A DNA stretch of 64,000 nt from Nitrospirota bacterium (GTDB lineage: Bacteria > Nitrospirota > Thermodesulfovibrionia > Thermodesulfovibrionales > Dissulfurispiraceae). A program made the translations under genes and the position numbers. Below, in pieces: positions 39,831 through 49,913 of the stretch; positions within the stretch are counted from its first letter, which is position 1, and every line of letters starts with the position of its first letter. The notes under the pieces are model-generated. The model was not told the origin of the DNA. It ran no database searches and saw nothing but the letters and a program-made list of their open reading frames with translations. The stretch lies in the NCBI GenBank assembly GCA_040758355.1, contig JBFLWF010000013.1, forward strand, positions 1 through 64,000, read 5' to 3'.

Positions 39831-40338
39831 ACTCCACTGCCTCTTTTGCAGAAACCCTCGGCGGTGCAGACGGTATCCTCGAAGGATAGCCCACTGGAAC
39901 AATTGCTACGGGCCTTAAATTATTTGGCATATCAAGTATCTCGAACACATCACTCTCTTTAAATGCACCGACCCATACGCTGCCGAGCCCGTTTTCCCAT
40001 ACAGTAAGCATCATATTCATAATACTGCATGCCACATCCTGAATTGTGTAGAGATGAACACCCCTGTCTCCATAGCGGTTTTCGATCCTCCTGTCAGTGC
40101 ATCCAATGACAACGAGTGAAGCTTCGGCAATGAAATTCTGGTTTAGTGCAGCAGTGGCAATATCACGCTTTGTCTTTTCATCTCTGACAAAATAGAACTT
40201 TCTCGACTGTAGGTTTCCTGCACTGGGCGCCCATATAAGTGCATCTATCAATTTTTTGATTATTTCATCAGGGATATCCTTTTTCTGGAAATCTCTGATG
40301 CTACGCCTCTCTTTTATGATCTTCAATACAGTGTCCAT
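39823..40338 (-). CDS. Nitroreductase family protein
   Basis: RRSIRDF, APSAGNLQ, GLGSVWVG. Confidence 0.9.
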   Translation of the reverse strand: MDTVLKIIKERRSIRDFQKKDIPDEIIKKLIDALIWAPSAGNLQSRKFYFVRDEKTKRDIATAALNQNFIAEASLVVIGCTDRRIENRYGDRGVHLYTIQDVACSIMNMMLTVWENGLGSVWVGAFKESDVFEILDMPNNLRPVAIVPVGYPSRIPSAPPRVSAKEAVEFR

Positions 40339-40353
40339 AACACCTCCTGCATT

Positions 40354-42705
40354 TTACTTGTCCAGCACTTCTCTCACCTTTCTTAAAAGGTCATCCGGTG
40401 AAACAGGCTTTGATATGAAGTTTATTCCTTCCTCTAAGACGCCTTTTTCATGGATGATATCTGCCGGATAACCGCTTGTAAAAAGCACTTTAATATCGGG
40501 CATTATCTTTCTTATCTCTTCATATGCCTCCTTGCCGTTCTTCTTGGGCATTATCAGATCGAACAGAAGGAACTGAATCCTGTCTTTATTCTCTATGAAT
40601 TTATTTATTGCATCCACTCCATTAACTGCCTCGATGACCTTGTAACCAAAATTCTCAAGCACTTCTTTTGTGAGTCTTCTGACCTCTGCGTCATCTTCCG
40701 CAGCCAGTATAGTTTCTGTACCTCCTTTTGGTGCAGGAAGAACTATCGATTCAGCTTCTTTAAATTCAGGCTTTATTAAAGGAATATATATCCTGAATGT
40801 TGTTCCTTTGCCGGGTTCGCTGTAGACATTTATGTATCCATTATGCTGTTTGATTATTCCGTATACTATTGCAAGTCCGAGTCCTGTGCCTTTCCCAAAT
40901 TCCTTGGTTGTGAAAAATGGCTCAAATATCCTCTCCCTTGTCTTTTCATCCATTCCGATGCCTGTATCGGTAACCGAGATTCTGGCATATATGCCCGGAG
41001 TCTCGACAGCATGTGTCTTTATGTATTCTTTGTCCAATTCCACAAGCTCTGTTTCGATGGTCAAAAGTCCACCATGAGGCATGGCGTCCCTTGCATTAGT
41101 TGCGAGGTTCATCAATACCTGTTCTATCTGGCCGCTGTCTGCCATTGCTGTCAGGTCTTTATCGGCAAGTATGGTCTTAAGTTCTATATCCTCGCCAATG
41201 AGTCTTAACAAAAGCTTTTCTGTTCTCTTTATAACTTCGTTTAAATTTACAGGTTTTGGGCTGATTATCTGTTTTCTGCTGAACGCAAGGAGCTGCTGGG
41301 TAAGATTTGCTGCCCTTTCTGATGAAGAGAGTATCTGTTCGACATAAGCCACCAGCGGGTCTTCTCTATCCATATTTGTCTTCAAAAGGCTTCCGTATCC
41401 TATTATTGCTGTAAGGATATTGTTGAAGTCATGGGCAATGCCGCCTGCAAGCCGGCCGATTGCCTCCATCTTCTGCGCCTGACCGAGCTGAGCCTTGAGA
41501 ATGGCACTCTCATCTTCTGCCCGTTTTCTGTCGGTTACATCAAGCAGTATCAATATCAGACCACTTACAGTCCCGTCAGCCTCCTTCACAGGCTGCAGGC
41601 TCCAATCCCAATATGTTACTCCACGCTCAGGATGCCCGGCATATTCAAAAGGCTTCTCATAAGCAAGGTACGGCTCGCCTGTTTCCACTACTTTACGGAA
41701 AATGGCCTCATTCTCCTCGCTTGGATATAAATCAAAATGGCTCTTGCCGACAAAGAATTCAGGAGTTCGTTCGTCAGCCTCTGCATAGGCCTGATTTACG
41801 CGTATGAAGTTGAAGTCCTTATCCATGTAAGCGATCATGAGATGCATTGAGGAGAAAACCTTCTCGAATAGTTCATTTGCCTTCGAAAGTATCCTTTTCG
41901 ATTCCATCTCCTTTTCTAATGCATCGAGGAGTTTCTTTCTCGTCTCCCATGCGAATATCCCGAGCATCCCGCCAATGGAAAAAGCAGCCGTTAATGCCGT
42001 GCCGGCCCGGAAGACCTGAACAGGGATATGCACTGCTAAAAAAAAGGAGTCTGCATTAAGCAAGTTTGAAGGGAAAAAGTCTCCTTTTGGAACAACCAAC
42101 CCACTTAAAAAACCATAGGCGAGAAAGGATAAACCAGCCCATAGAAAATACCCTTTTACCTTGAGCGGCTTTAATGTTTCCTTCTCATGCCGGCAATAAG
42201 AGAAAAAACCGAAACCAGTAAAAATAGCGCCAAAAAATCCAAAGAGATATCTTGCCAAGATGCTTCCTGTTTTCCAGAAGTCATGAGATGTAATGCCGAA
42301 GATAAATACGAAAAGCCCTAAAACAGGAGACAACCACCAACCGATATGCCTCTTGACATTTTTTTCCCATGCAGGAGACCCCTCATGGATATTGACTATA
42401 AAAAGCCTCCTGCCGAACTCAAACAGGAAGATAAAGGAAGCAACAAGGCAGAACCACCTGATTAAATCAAGCAATTCGCTCCTGCCTTTGATTATTGCCC
42501 ACATATCCAGCCATTCATTTATTCCGTGTATAAGACCAAACCCCGATAGAAGCCATAAAATATCCGCAATCCTGAATGCGCTTCCCTTTTTAGGCTGAAT
42601 CAGGATACTAATGCCCATCACAAAGAAGGCCATGCCGTAGATAAAAAACACGATTTCCATGTTATTTTGAAACCACTGGTATATTAGATCCATCACCTGT
42701 TGCAT
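40354..42705 (-). CDS. Membrane hybrid histidine kinase (multi-TM-PAS-HisKA-HATPase-REC)
   Basis: Multiple TM segments, AHDFNNIL, GKGTGLGL, REC with DLIMP. Confidence 0.92.
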   Translation of the reverse strand: MQQVMDLIYQWFQNNMEIVFFIYGMAFFVMGISILIQPKKGSAFRIADILWLLSGFGLIHGINEWLDMWAIIKGRSELLDLIRWFCLVASFIFLFEFGRRLFIVNIHEGSPAWEKNVKRHIGWWLSPVLGLFVFIFGITSHDFWKTGSILARYLFGFFGAIFTGFGFFSYCRHEKETLKPLKVKGYFLWAGLSFLAYGFLSGLVVPKGDFFPSNLLNADSFFLAVHIPVQVFRAGTALTAAFSIGGMLGIFAWETRKKLLDALEKEMESKRILSKANELFEKVFSSMHLMIAYMDKDFNFIRVNQAYAEADERTPEFFVGKSHFDLYPSEENEAIFRKVVETGEPYLAYEKPFEYAGHPERGVTYWDWSLQPVKEADGTVSGLILILLDVTDRKRAEDESAILKAQLGQAQKMEAIGRLAGGIAHDFNNILTAIIGYGSLLKTNMDREDPLVAYVEQILSSSERAANLTQQLLAFSRKQIISPKPVNLNEVIKRTEKLLLRLIGEDIELKTILADKDLTAMADSGQIEQVLMNLATNARDAMPHGGLLTIETELVELDKEYIKTHAVETPGIYARISVTDTGIGMDEKTRERIFEPFFTTKEFGKGTGLGLAIVYGIIKQHNGYINVYSEPGKGTTFRIYIPLIKPEFKEAESIVLPAPKGGTETILAAEDDAEVRRLTKEVLENFGYKVIEAVNGVDAINKFIENKDRIQFLLFDLIMPKKNGKEAYEEIRKIMPDIKVLFTSGYPADIIHEKGVLEEGINFISKPVSPDDLLRKVREVLDK

Positions 42706-42803
42706 AATGACAATTATAGAATAGTTTAAGAAGATTTTCTGTAAATATCATGTAAATTTAATAAGTTGATAAAATCTAAGAATTACTGATAGAATCCATG
42801 TGT

Positions 42804-42880
42804 GCGCCCATAGCTCAGCTGGATAGAGCGTCGGACTACGAATCCGCAGGTCGGGGGTTCGAATCCTCCTGGGCGCGCCA
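42804..42880 (+). tRNA. tRNA-Arg(ACG)
   Basis: GCGCCCA acceptor stem, anticodon loop CT-ACG-AA, GTTCGAATC T-loop, CCA end. Confidence 0.95.
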
Positions 42881-42961
42881 CCTGTTATTTTCTTGACAGG
42901 AAATTCGCCAAATTGTTAAATTATCTGCAAAAATCCCAATATAGAGAGGGGTGATTTATAA

Positions 42962-43168
42962 GTGCCCTCAGTAAAAGTAAGAGATACAGAATCTTTTGAG
43001 TCTGCCCTCAAGCACTTCAAGAAACAGTGCGAGAGAGAAGGCATACTCTCGGAGATCAAAAAGAGAGAGCATTACGACAAGCCGAGCGTCAAGAAAAAGA
43101 AGAAAATCATAGCTGCCCGCAAAAAGGCTGCTAAGAGAAGAACATTCTCAGCAAGGCCGGCGAGGTAA
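42962..43168 (+). CDS. rpsU: 30S ribosomal protein bS21
   Basis: [22 protein letters not shown]. Confidence 0.95.
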   Translation: MPSVKVRDTESFESALKHFKKQCEREGILSEIKKREHYDKPSVKKKKKIIAARKKAAKRRTFSARPAR

Positions 43169-43170
43169 AA

Positions 43171-43641
43171 ATGTCCGTCCCTGTCAGCACTATCGCCAAG
43201 ACCATCGAGAGGCTCGATGCAGAACTCAAGGAGGCCTTGAAGTCAAGGGATGAACTGAAAGTATCGGTCATCCGCATGATCAAGGCCTCTTTAAAAAATA
43301 AATCCATAGAAAAAATGGGAACCCTGACAGACGATGATATTCTTTCTGTCCTGTCATCCATGGCAAAGCAGAGAAGAGAATCCATAGAGCAGTTTGCATC
43401 AGCAGGCAGAACAGACCTTGCCGAAAAGGAGAAAAAAGAGCTGGAGATTGTCCAATCATACCTCCCCAAACAGCTCTCGTTACAGGAAATAGACGAAATC
43501 ATACGCTCGGCTATAAAGGAATGCAATGCATCATCCCCGGGCGATATGGGAAAGGTCATGAAGATCGTCATACCTAAAACAAAAGGGGCGGCTGACGGAA
43601 GGGTCGTCAGCGAGAGGGTCAAGGAACTTTTGAGTAAATGA
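43171..43641 (+). CDS. GatB/YqeY domain protein
   Basis: KQRRESIEQF, YLPKQLS, DMGKVM; follows rpsU. Confidence 0.92.
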   Translation: MSVPVSTIAKTIERLDAELKEALKSRDELKVSVIRMIKASLKNKSIEKMGTLTDDDILSVLSSMAKQRRESIEQFASAGRTDLAEKEKKELEIVQSYLPKQLSLQEIDEIIRSAIKECNASSPGDMGKVMKIVIPKTKGAADGRVVSERVKELLSK

Positions 43642-43720
43642 GTGAATGAGCAAATGGGTTAATGGGTAAATTTTCAGTTGTCAACTTATTCACCCATCTA
43701 CTCATTTACTCATCCACGCA
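43630..43720. repeat. Inverted arrays of degenerate 8-mers (GAGTAAAT-like)
   Basis: gagtaaat gagtgaat gagcaaat gggttaat gggtaaat, then complementary attcaccc atctactc atttactc. Confidence 0.75.
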
Positions 43721-43744
43721 TCTACAAAACAATGAGGTAAATTC

Positions 43745-44701
43745 ATGAAACTGTCCGAATTTTATAAAAAGGCGATATCCACAGGCATCGACAACGACCC
43801 GAGAGGGAAAGACCTTGTACTAAAGGAATTGGAGCGCAAGAAAAAGGATTACGAAAACCTCAAGCCTAAGGAAAAAGAGACCTTCGATATGGAGGGTCTT
43901 GAAAATCCCTACTCTGATTCGAGGATACTTCACGGCACCGGCGATGAAGACATTAAAACCATTCTTGTCGGCATAGACATAGAGGTGGGCGAGGTGCTCC
44001 TCTCAGAGACATTGAAAAACAGAAACATTCCGGTGGACCTCATAGTTTCCCACCATCCGGAAGGCAGGGCATATGCAAACCTCTATGCTGTAATGTACAT
44101 GCAGTCGGATATACTGAACAGGTTCGGCGTTCCCATAAATATCGCAGAAGGCCTTATGGAGGGAAGGATAAAAGAGGTGGAGCGCAAACTGATGCCGGTA
44201 AACCATACGCGGGCTGTTGATGCAGCAAAGCTCCTGAACATACCGTTTGTCTGTCTGCACACACCTGCGGATAATATGGTGGCCTCATATTTACAGAAGA
44301 CGTTTGACGACAAAAAGCCCTACACGGTTGATGATGTAATCGACCTTTTGCGGGAAATGCCCGAATACAAAGAGGGAGAAAAGAACAATGCAGGGCCGAA
44401 GATACTGTTGGGGTCAAAGAACAGAAAGGCAGGGAAGATATTTGTGGATATGACAGGAGGCACGGAGGGCTCAAAGGAGATATTCCAGAGCCTTTCTCTA
44501 AGCGGGATAAATACCATCGTTGCCATGCACCTCAGCGAAGATCACAGAAAAGAGGCAGAAAAGAACCATGTCAACGTAGTGATAGCCGGGCACATAGCCA
44601 GCGACAATCTGGGATTAAACCTCCTCCTTGACCGCGCCATTGAAAATAACGGGTTGCGAGTTCTTGAATGTTCCGGCTTTAGGAGAATAAGCCGGAATTA
44701 A
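43745..44701 (+). CDS. NIF3-like metal-binding protein
   Basis: VGIDIE, VSHHPEG, HTPADN, AGHIASDNLG. Confidence 0.8.
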   Translation: MKLSEFYKKAISTGIDNDPRGKDLVLKELERKKKDYENLKPKEKETFDMEGLENPYSDSRILHGTGDEDIKTILVGIDIEVGEVLLSETLKNRNIPVDLIVSHHPEGRAYANLYAVMYMQSDILNRFGVPINIAEGLMEGRIKEVERKLMPVNHTRAVDAAKLLNIPFVCLHTPADNMVASYLQKTFDDKKPYTVDDVIDLLREMPEYKEGEKNNAGPKILLGSKNRKAGKIFVDMTGGTEGSKEIFQSLSLSGINTIVAMHLSEDHRKEAEKNHVNVVIAGHIASDNLGLNLLLDRAIENNGLRVLECSGFRRISRN

Positions 44702-44768
44702 GTAAATGAGTCATTAAGTAAATAAGTAAATAAAAATGACTCAATAACTCAATAACTCAATTACTTAA
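44698..44768. repeat. Inverted arrays of degenerate 8-mers
   Basis: aagtaaat gagtcatt aagtaaat aagtaaat, then (aataactc)n. Confidence 0.7.
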
Positions 44769-44775
44769 CATATAT

Positions 44776-46500
44776 ATGAACTCAACTGTCGAAGATATAA
44801 AAGCAAGAATCGATATAATCGACCTGATAGCCGAGCATGTGGAACTCAAGCGGGCAGGCCAGAATTATAAAGGTCTGTGTCCGTTCCATTCGGAAAAAAC
44901 CCCTTCTTTCATGGTAAACCCTTCGAAACAGATATTTCACTGTTTCGGCTGCCATAAGGGAGGAGATATCTTCGCCTTTGTGATGAATTACGAAAATATG
45001 ACATTCCATGAGGCATTGTCCTATCTCGCACAAAAGGCAGGGATAAAATTAGAAAATAGAAGTCAGAAGTCAGAAGTCAGAAGCGGATTTAAGGAAAATT
45101 TATTTGCAATTCATAAAGAGGCGCTTATTTTTTTCCAGAATAATTTCAAAATTTCTAAACAGGCCATCTCATATCTGAAAGAACGTGGACTGAACAGCGA
45201 TGTAATAGAAGCGTTTTCTATAGGCTACAGCAGGAACGAAAAAGATGCGCTTTTCAATCACCTGAAGGCAAAAGGATTTGCGATAGAACACATAAAGGCA
45301 TCCGGCCTCGTGAACTTTGGCGAACACGGCATCTATGACTTTTTCAGGGACAGGCTGATGTTCCCCATATTCGACCTCCAGGGAAGGACAATCGCCTTTG
45401 GAGGCAGAATACTGTCCAGCTCGAAAAATGCACCGAAATATATAAATTCTCCTGACAGCATTATATTCAAAAAAGGTGAATCAAGCTACGGGCTTAACAT
45501 CGCTAAAAATTCCATAACCCAGAAGGGATATTCGATTATTGTGGAGGGCTATCTCGATGTAATCTCATGCCACCAGTACGGTTTTACCAATGCAATTGCC
45601 CCTCTCGGAACTGCATTGACCCCGGGGCAACTGAAAAGGCTCAAAAGATTTTCCAATAAAGTACTGCTCGTTTTTGACGGCGATTCCGCCGGAATATCCG
45701 CAACAAAGAGATCCATTGAACTCTGCTATGCCGAAGGCATGATTGTAAAGATCCTGCTCCTTCCTCAGGGCGAAGATCCGGATACCTTTCTAAGAAAACA
45801 CGGCGAGGAGAATTTCAGGAAATATATGGGCAGGGCCATCTCGCCTGTGGAGTTTTTGCTAAAGGTTTCGGGCAGAAGCAAACTCGACGCCGTGCGATAT
45901 ATGCTGCAGATCATAGCCTCCTGCCCTGACTCCCTCCAGAGGGATGAGACCATCCGTGAACTTTCGGACAGATCAAAAATAAACGAGCTGACATTGAGGG
46001 AAGAGTTGAAGGCCGCAGGTCAGAAAAGACAGAAGTCAGAAGTCAGAAGTCAGAAGTCAGACATTTTAAACCCATGCATAAATAGAGAAGAGCAGATGCT
46101 CTTAACCATCGCCCTTTCATTCCCTGACAGAGCGGCACTCATAGCAAATAACATCGATCCAATGATTATAGAAGACCCTGGCATCAGGGGGATCTTTGAA
46201 AAAATAAAAAAAGGACTTTCCATGGGAAAATTGTTGTCGGTGTGCGATGAGGAGGAACAAAGACTGATAACGATGCTCTCCATAAATACAGAAATCGATG
46301 AAGAGTATGTTGAGGCCAATGTTGAAGAAATTATAGAGGGCTGCCTGAAGGCAATAGCCCTGAGAAAGCTCGAAAGGCAGATTAAATCGGCAGGCGAAGC
46401 CGGAGATGTAAAACTCCTGAACTCCCTGCTCTTTGAAAAGAAAAGCCTGTCGCAAAAATCAAGATTATTGCTAAAAGGGGGCAACCTTGCCAAGAATTGA
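44776..46500 (+). CDS. dnaG: DNA primase
   Basis: CPFH...CFGC zinc finger, KYINSP, VEGYLD, FDGD. Confidence 0.96.
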   Translation: MNSTVEDIKARIDIIDLIAEHVELKRAGQNYKGLCPFHSEKTPSFMVNPSKQIFHCFGCHKGGDIFAFVMNYENMTFHEALSYLAQKAGIKLENRSQKSEVRSGFKENLFAIHKEALIFFQNNFKISKQAISYLKERGLNSDVIEAFSIGYSRNEKDALFNHLKAKGFAIEHIKASGLVNFGEHGIYDFFRDRLMFPIFDLQGRTIAFGGRILSSSKNAPKYINSPDSIIFKKGESSYGLNIAKNSITQKGYSIIVEGYLDVISCHQYGFTNAIAPLGTALTPGQLKRLKRFSNKVLLVFDGDSAGISATKRSIELCYAEGMIVKILLLPQGEDPDTFLRKHGEENFRKYMGRAISPVEFLLKVSGRSKLDAVRYMLQIIASCPDSLQRDETIRELSDRSKINELTLREELKAAGQKRQKSEVRSQKSDILNPCINREEQMLLTIALSFPDRAALIANNIDPMIIEDPGIRGIFEKIKKGLSMGKLLSVCDEEEQRLITMLSINTEIDEEYVEANVEEIIEGCLKAIALRKLERQIKSAGEAGDVKLLNSLLFEKKSLSQKSRLLLKGGNLAKN

Positions 46501-48031
46501 TGATAATCCGTTTAATGTCTACGAAAATAGTTTTGACGACCACGATGCAGAAGCAGGTCATAAAAATCTTTCTGAAGAGAAGTTCTTGGAAGAAGATACA
46601 GAACCCGTTTATTCAGAAGAGGCCATAAAGGGCGCCATAGAGCAGGAATACGACCCTCTAAGGGCTTACTTAAAAGGGATAAGCTCCATACCACTCCTTA
46701 CCAAGGACGGAGAGATAGAGATTGCACAAAAAATAGAAGAGGGCAAATTGAAGACATGCGGTGCAATATTCACAATCCCTTTTGTCTTAAACAAGCTGGT
46801 AATGCTGGGCAGGCTCGTGGAAAAAGGCGAGGCCCCTCTTGTGGAGCTCATTCAGGATGGAGAGGATCTGTCCGAAGATGATATTCTGGAAGAGAAGGAA
46901 AAATTCTCGAAGATTACCGAGTCCATAAACTCCCTTTTTACAAAAAGGAAAAAGCTCTTGAAGGAAGGCGGTTTCTGCGTGGAGAGCAAGGCTTCACCTG
47001 CAAAATGGGATACACCCATCTGTAAGCTGCTGCATGAAAACAAAAACCAGATACTCCAGAGGGTTAAGGAGCTGGATCTTAAGGACGATGTTATAAACGC
47101 ATTTTCTGAAGAGTTGAAGAAGATGAACAGACAGACCCAGTCCATGCATGAAAGCCTCCGCAGGGCAAAAAAGACAAAAAACAATTCATCAAAAATCAGG
47201 AACATAACAACGGAGATAAAGTCCGTGGAGTCCACAATCGGACTGAGGGCATCGGAAATAAAAAAGATTGTACATGAACTCGAAAAGGCAGAGATCGAGG
47301 TAAACAATGCAAAGGGGCAACTGGTCGAATCAAATCTCAGATTGGTCATAAGCATTGCCAAGAGGTACATTGGAAAAGGGCTGAGTCTTGGGGACCTGAT
47401 CCAGGAGGGAAACATAGGCCTTATGCGCGCTGTGGACAAATTCGAATACAGGCGTGGATATAAGTTCAGCACCTATGCCACATGGTGGATAAGGCAGGCG
47501 ATAAGCAGGGCCATAGCAGACCAGTCAAGGACAATAAGGATACCTGTCCATATGATAGAAAACATAAACAAGATAAACAGAGTTACAAAGGAGCTGGTAC
47601 AGGAACTGGGAGTCGAGCCCAGCCCAGAAGAGATAGCAAACCGGTCGAAGATACCCCTCGACAAGGTCAAGAACATATTGAAAATATCAAAGGAGCCGAT
47701 ATCCATCGAAACCCCTATCGGCGAGGAATCGGACACCATGCTCAAGGATTTCATAGAGGACAAGGGGAACCTATCTCCGCTGGATGCAGTTATCCACGAG
47801 GACTTAAAGGCCCATATCGACAAGGTTCTGTGCACCCTGTCACCAAAGGAAGAGATGGTTATAAGAAAGAGATTCGGAATAGGAGAGGACAGCCCCCATA
47901 CCCTCGAAGAAGTGGGACAGGAGTTCGATGTCACGAGAGAACGCATAAGGCAGATAGAGGTAAAGGCTATCAGAAAACTGAAACATCCTGCCAGAAGCAA
48001 GTGGCTCAGGGATTTTCTCGGCAAGTCTTGA
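46487..48031 (+). CDS. rpoD: RNA polymerase primary sigma factor
   Basis: [37 protein letters not shown]; follows dnaG. Confidence 0.95.
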   Translation: MPRIDDNPFNVYENSFDDHDAEAGHKNLSEEKFLEEDTEPVYSEEAIKGAIEQEYDPLRAYLKGISSIPLLTKDGEIEIAQKIEEGKLKTCGAIFTIPFVLNKLVMLGRLVEKGEAPLVELIQDGEDLSEDDILEEKEKFSKITESINSLFTKRKKLLKEGGFCVESKASPAKWDTPICKLLHENKNQILQRVKELDLKDDVINAFSEELKKMNRQTQSMHESLRRAKKTKNNSSKIRNITTEIKSVESTIGLRASEIKKIVHELEKAEIEVNNAKGQLVESNLRLVISIAKRYIGKGLSLGDLIQEGNIGLMRAVDKFEYRRGYKFSTYATWWIRQAISRAIADQSRTIRIPVHMIENINKINRVTKELVQELGVEPSPEEIANRSKIPLDKVKNILKISKEPISIETPIGEESDTMLKDFIEDKGNLSPLDAVIHEDLKAHIDKVLCTLSPKEEMVIRKRFGIGEDSPHTLEEVGQEFDVTRERIRQIEVKAIRKLKHPARSKWLRDFLGKS

Positions 48032-48089
48032 CTTAAAAGCAAATCAAAAGTTAAAGTAACTATCTCTGATTCAGGCTCTGATTCAGGCA

Positions 48090-48163
48090 GGGCCCTTAGC
48101 TCAGTTGGTTAGAGCTACCGGCTCATAACCGGTTGGTCCCAGGTTCGAGTCCTGGAGGGCCCA
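48090..48163 (+). tRNA. tRNA with CAT anticodon, probably tRNA-Ile2 (lysidine)
   Basis: GGGCCCT acceptor stem, CT-CAT-AA loop; lacks initiator features; CCA not encoded; located after rpoD. Confidence 0.88.
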
Positions 48164-48172
48164 TTCTTAAAC

Positions 48173-48934
48173 TTGAGGAGAATTGTGAACGAACAACTTA
48201 GACTTTTAATAGACCTGCAAAAACTCGATTCCATTATGCTCTCCACCCGCCTCACAATGGATGCAATACCAGCCAGAATCTCGTCTCATGAGGGATCTTT
48301 GAAAAACGCCGAGGCAGCATACGAAACCGCAAAGCAGCAGCTTGCCTCCCTCGAGAAAAAAAAGAAGGATAAGGAACGGGACATCGAAGACGTCAAAGAA
48401 AAAACACAGAAACTGAAACAGAGGACTTCGGAGATTAAGACCAATAAAGAATATCAGGCGCAGTTGAAAGAAATAGAAAAGACTGAAAAAGGACTGAAGT
48501 CCGCAGAAGACGAGATGCTGTCCATTATGGACTCCCTCGAAGGAGCTTCAAAGGTTATAGAGATAGAAAAGGGCCGCGTAACCGAAGAAAAGGCAAAAAT
48601 TGAATCGATGAAAAAAGAACTCGAAAAAGAGGTCCTCAGATGCGGGGAAGAGTTAAAGCGGTTAAAAGAGGACAGGAAAAAGTTAATCGACAAAATAGAC
48701 GCCGGCATCTACAACGAATATATGACCATTATGAAAGCACGCCGCGGCCTTGCTGTAGTTGAGGCAAAGGACGAAGCATGTCAGGGGTGTAACATGCATA
48801 TCCCTCCTCAGATGTTTGTAGAGATAAAGACAAGCGATGAGATCATTCACTGCCCCCAGTGCAGAAGGATGCTATATTATCTGAAACCGGAACAGCATCA
48901 AGAAGTCAGCAGCCAGAAGACAGCCATCAGATAG
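48173..48934 (+). CDS. Coiled-coil protein with C4 zinc ribbon (DUF164-like)
   Basis: Long coiled coil, CQGCNM...CPQCRR. Confidence 0.85.
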   Translation: MRRIVNEQLRLLIDLQKLDSIMLSTRLTMDAIPARISSHEGSLKNAEAAYETAKQQLASLEKKKKDKERDIEDVKEKTQKLKQRTSEIKTNKEYQAQLKEIEKTEKGLKSAEDEMLSIMDSLEGASKVIEIEKGRVTEEKAKIESMKKELEKEVLRCGEELKRLKEDRKKLIDKIDAGIYNEYMTIMKARRGLAVVEAKDEACQGCNMHIPPQMFVEIKTSDEIIHCPQCRRMLYYLKPEQHQEVSSQKTAIR

Positions 48935-48986
48935 CCCTTTACAATTTATTTACATATAAATAAATTTTATGGTATAGTAGGTTGCT

Positions 48987-49913
48987 ATGGGAATGGAAGA
49001 CCACAAATTAAAAGTCTTTTGCACAGTCGCAGAAACAAAGAGCTTCTCAAAGACCTCCGAGATTATCCATCTGACACAGCCTGCCGTAAGCCTGCAGATT
49101 CAGGCCCTTGAAGAGATATACGAAACAAAGCTGTTCGACAGGTCGAGCAGCTTTATTAACCTGACTCCTGCCGGAGAGATCCTTTATAAATACGCAAAGG
49201 ATATCCTCAACCTCTATGCCGAGGCAGAAAAGGAGATAGGGAAGATAACAGGGCTGATAAAGGGCAGCATAACAATAGGCGCAAGCACTACCATAGGCAA
49301 CTACGTACTGCCGACTGTGATAGCAGATTTTAAAAAGACCCATCCGAAAATCAAGATAAATGTCTTTATAGGGAATACAAAAAGGATTGTGGATCTTTTA
49401 AACTCAGGCGGCGTTGACATCGGACTCGTGGAGGGAGAGACCTCAAAACACAAGATGAAGACAGAGCCAATAATCACAGACGAGCTTACATTTATCGTAC
49501 CTCCATTCCATCCATGGGCAAAGAAAAAAGTGGTCTCCATTTTAGAGGTCACAAAAGAGCCATTCATCTTAAGGGAGGAAGGCTCCGGCACGAGGCAGAT
49601 GATAGAGAAATACCTCTTATCGCATGGAATAAACACAGGCGATATGCGCATAGCACTGGTACTGGGCAGCACAGAGTCCATAAAAGAGGCTGTTGAAAGC
49701 GGCATGGGCATATCCATTGTCTCGAAATGGGCAGCCCGAAAAGAGGTCAAGTACGGAAGCCTCAAGCTTATCACACCGAAGGAAGAAAAGATAATCAGGA
49801 ACTTCTCCCTCATCATGCAGAAGAGTGCGGTTTTATCCCATGCAGTGGACGAGTTCCTCGCCTATCTGAAGTCATATCCATACGACAGTCTGTTGTCAGA
49901 AGGCAAAGTGTAA
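48987..49913 (+). CDS. LysR-family regulator (selenium-metabolism-associated/CysL type)
   Basis: LTQPAVSLQI HTH, GASTTIGNY, REEGSGTR; near selD. Confidence 0.88.
   Translation: MGMEDHKLKVFCTVAETKSFSKTSEIIHLTQPAVSLQIQALEEIYETKLFDRSSSFINLTPAGEILYKYAKDILNLYAEAEKEIGKITGLIKGSITIGASTTIGNYVLPTVIADFKKTHPKIKINVFIGNTKRIVDLLNSGGVDIGLVEGETSKHKMKTEPIITDELTFIVPPFHPWAKKKVVSILEVTKEPFILREEGSGTRQMIEKYLLSHGINTGDMRIALVLGSTESIKEAVESGMGISIVSKWAARKEVKYGSLKLITPKEEKIIRNFSLIMQKSAVLSHAVDEFLAYLKSYPYDSLLSEGKV

Noticed and set aside
43630..43720. Possible CRISPR array (also 44698-44768 and 50124-50168)
   Set aside because: Units are 8 nt with no unique spacers, and no cas genes are in the window.
48064..48088. 12-bp tandem duplication CTCTGATTCAGG upstream of tRNA-CAT
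   Set aside because: Real but only two units in a leader region; no evidence of function.
42804..48163. tRNA genes as island integration sites
   Set aside because: No duplicated tRNA 3' ends or adjacent integrase seen; flanking genes are housekeeping.
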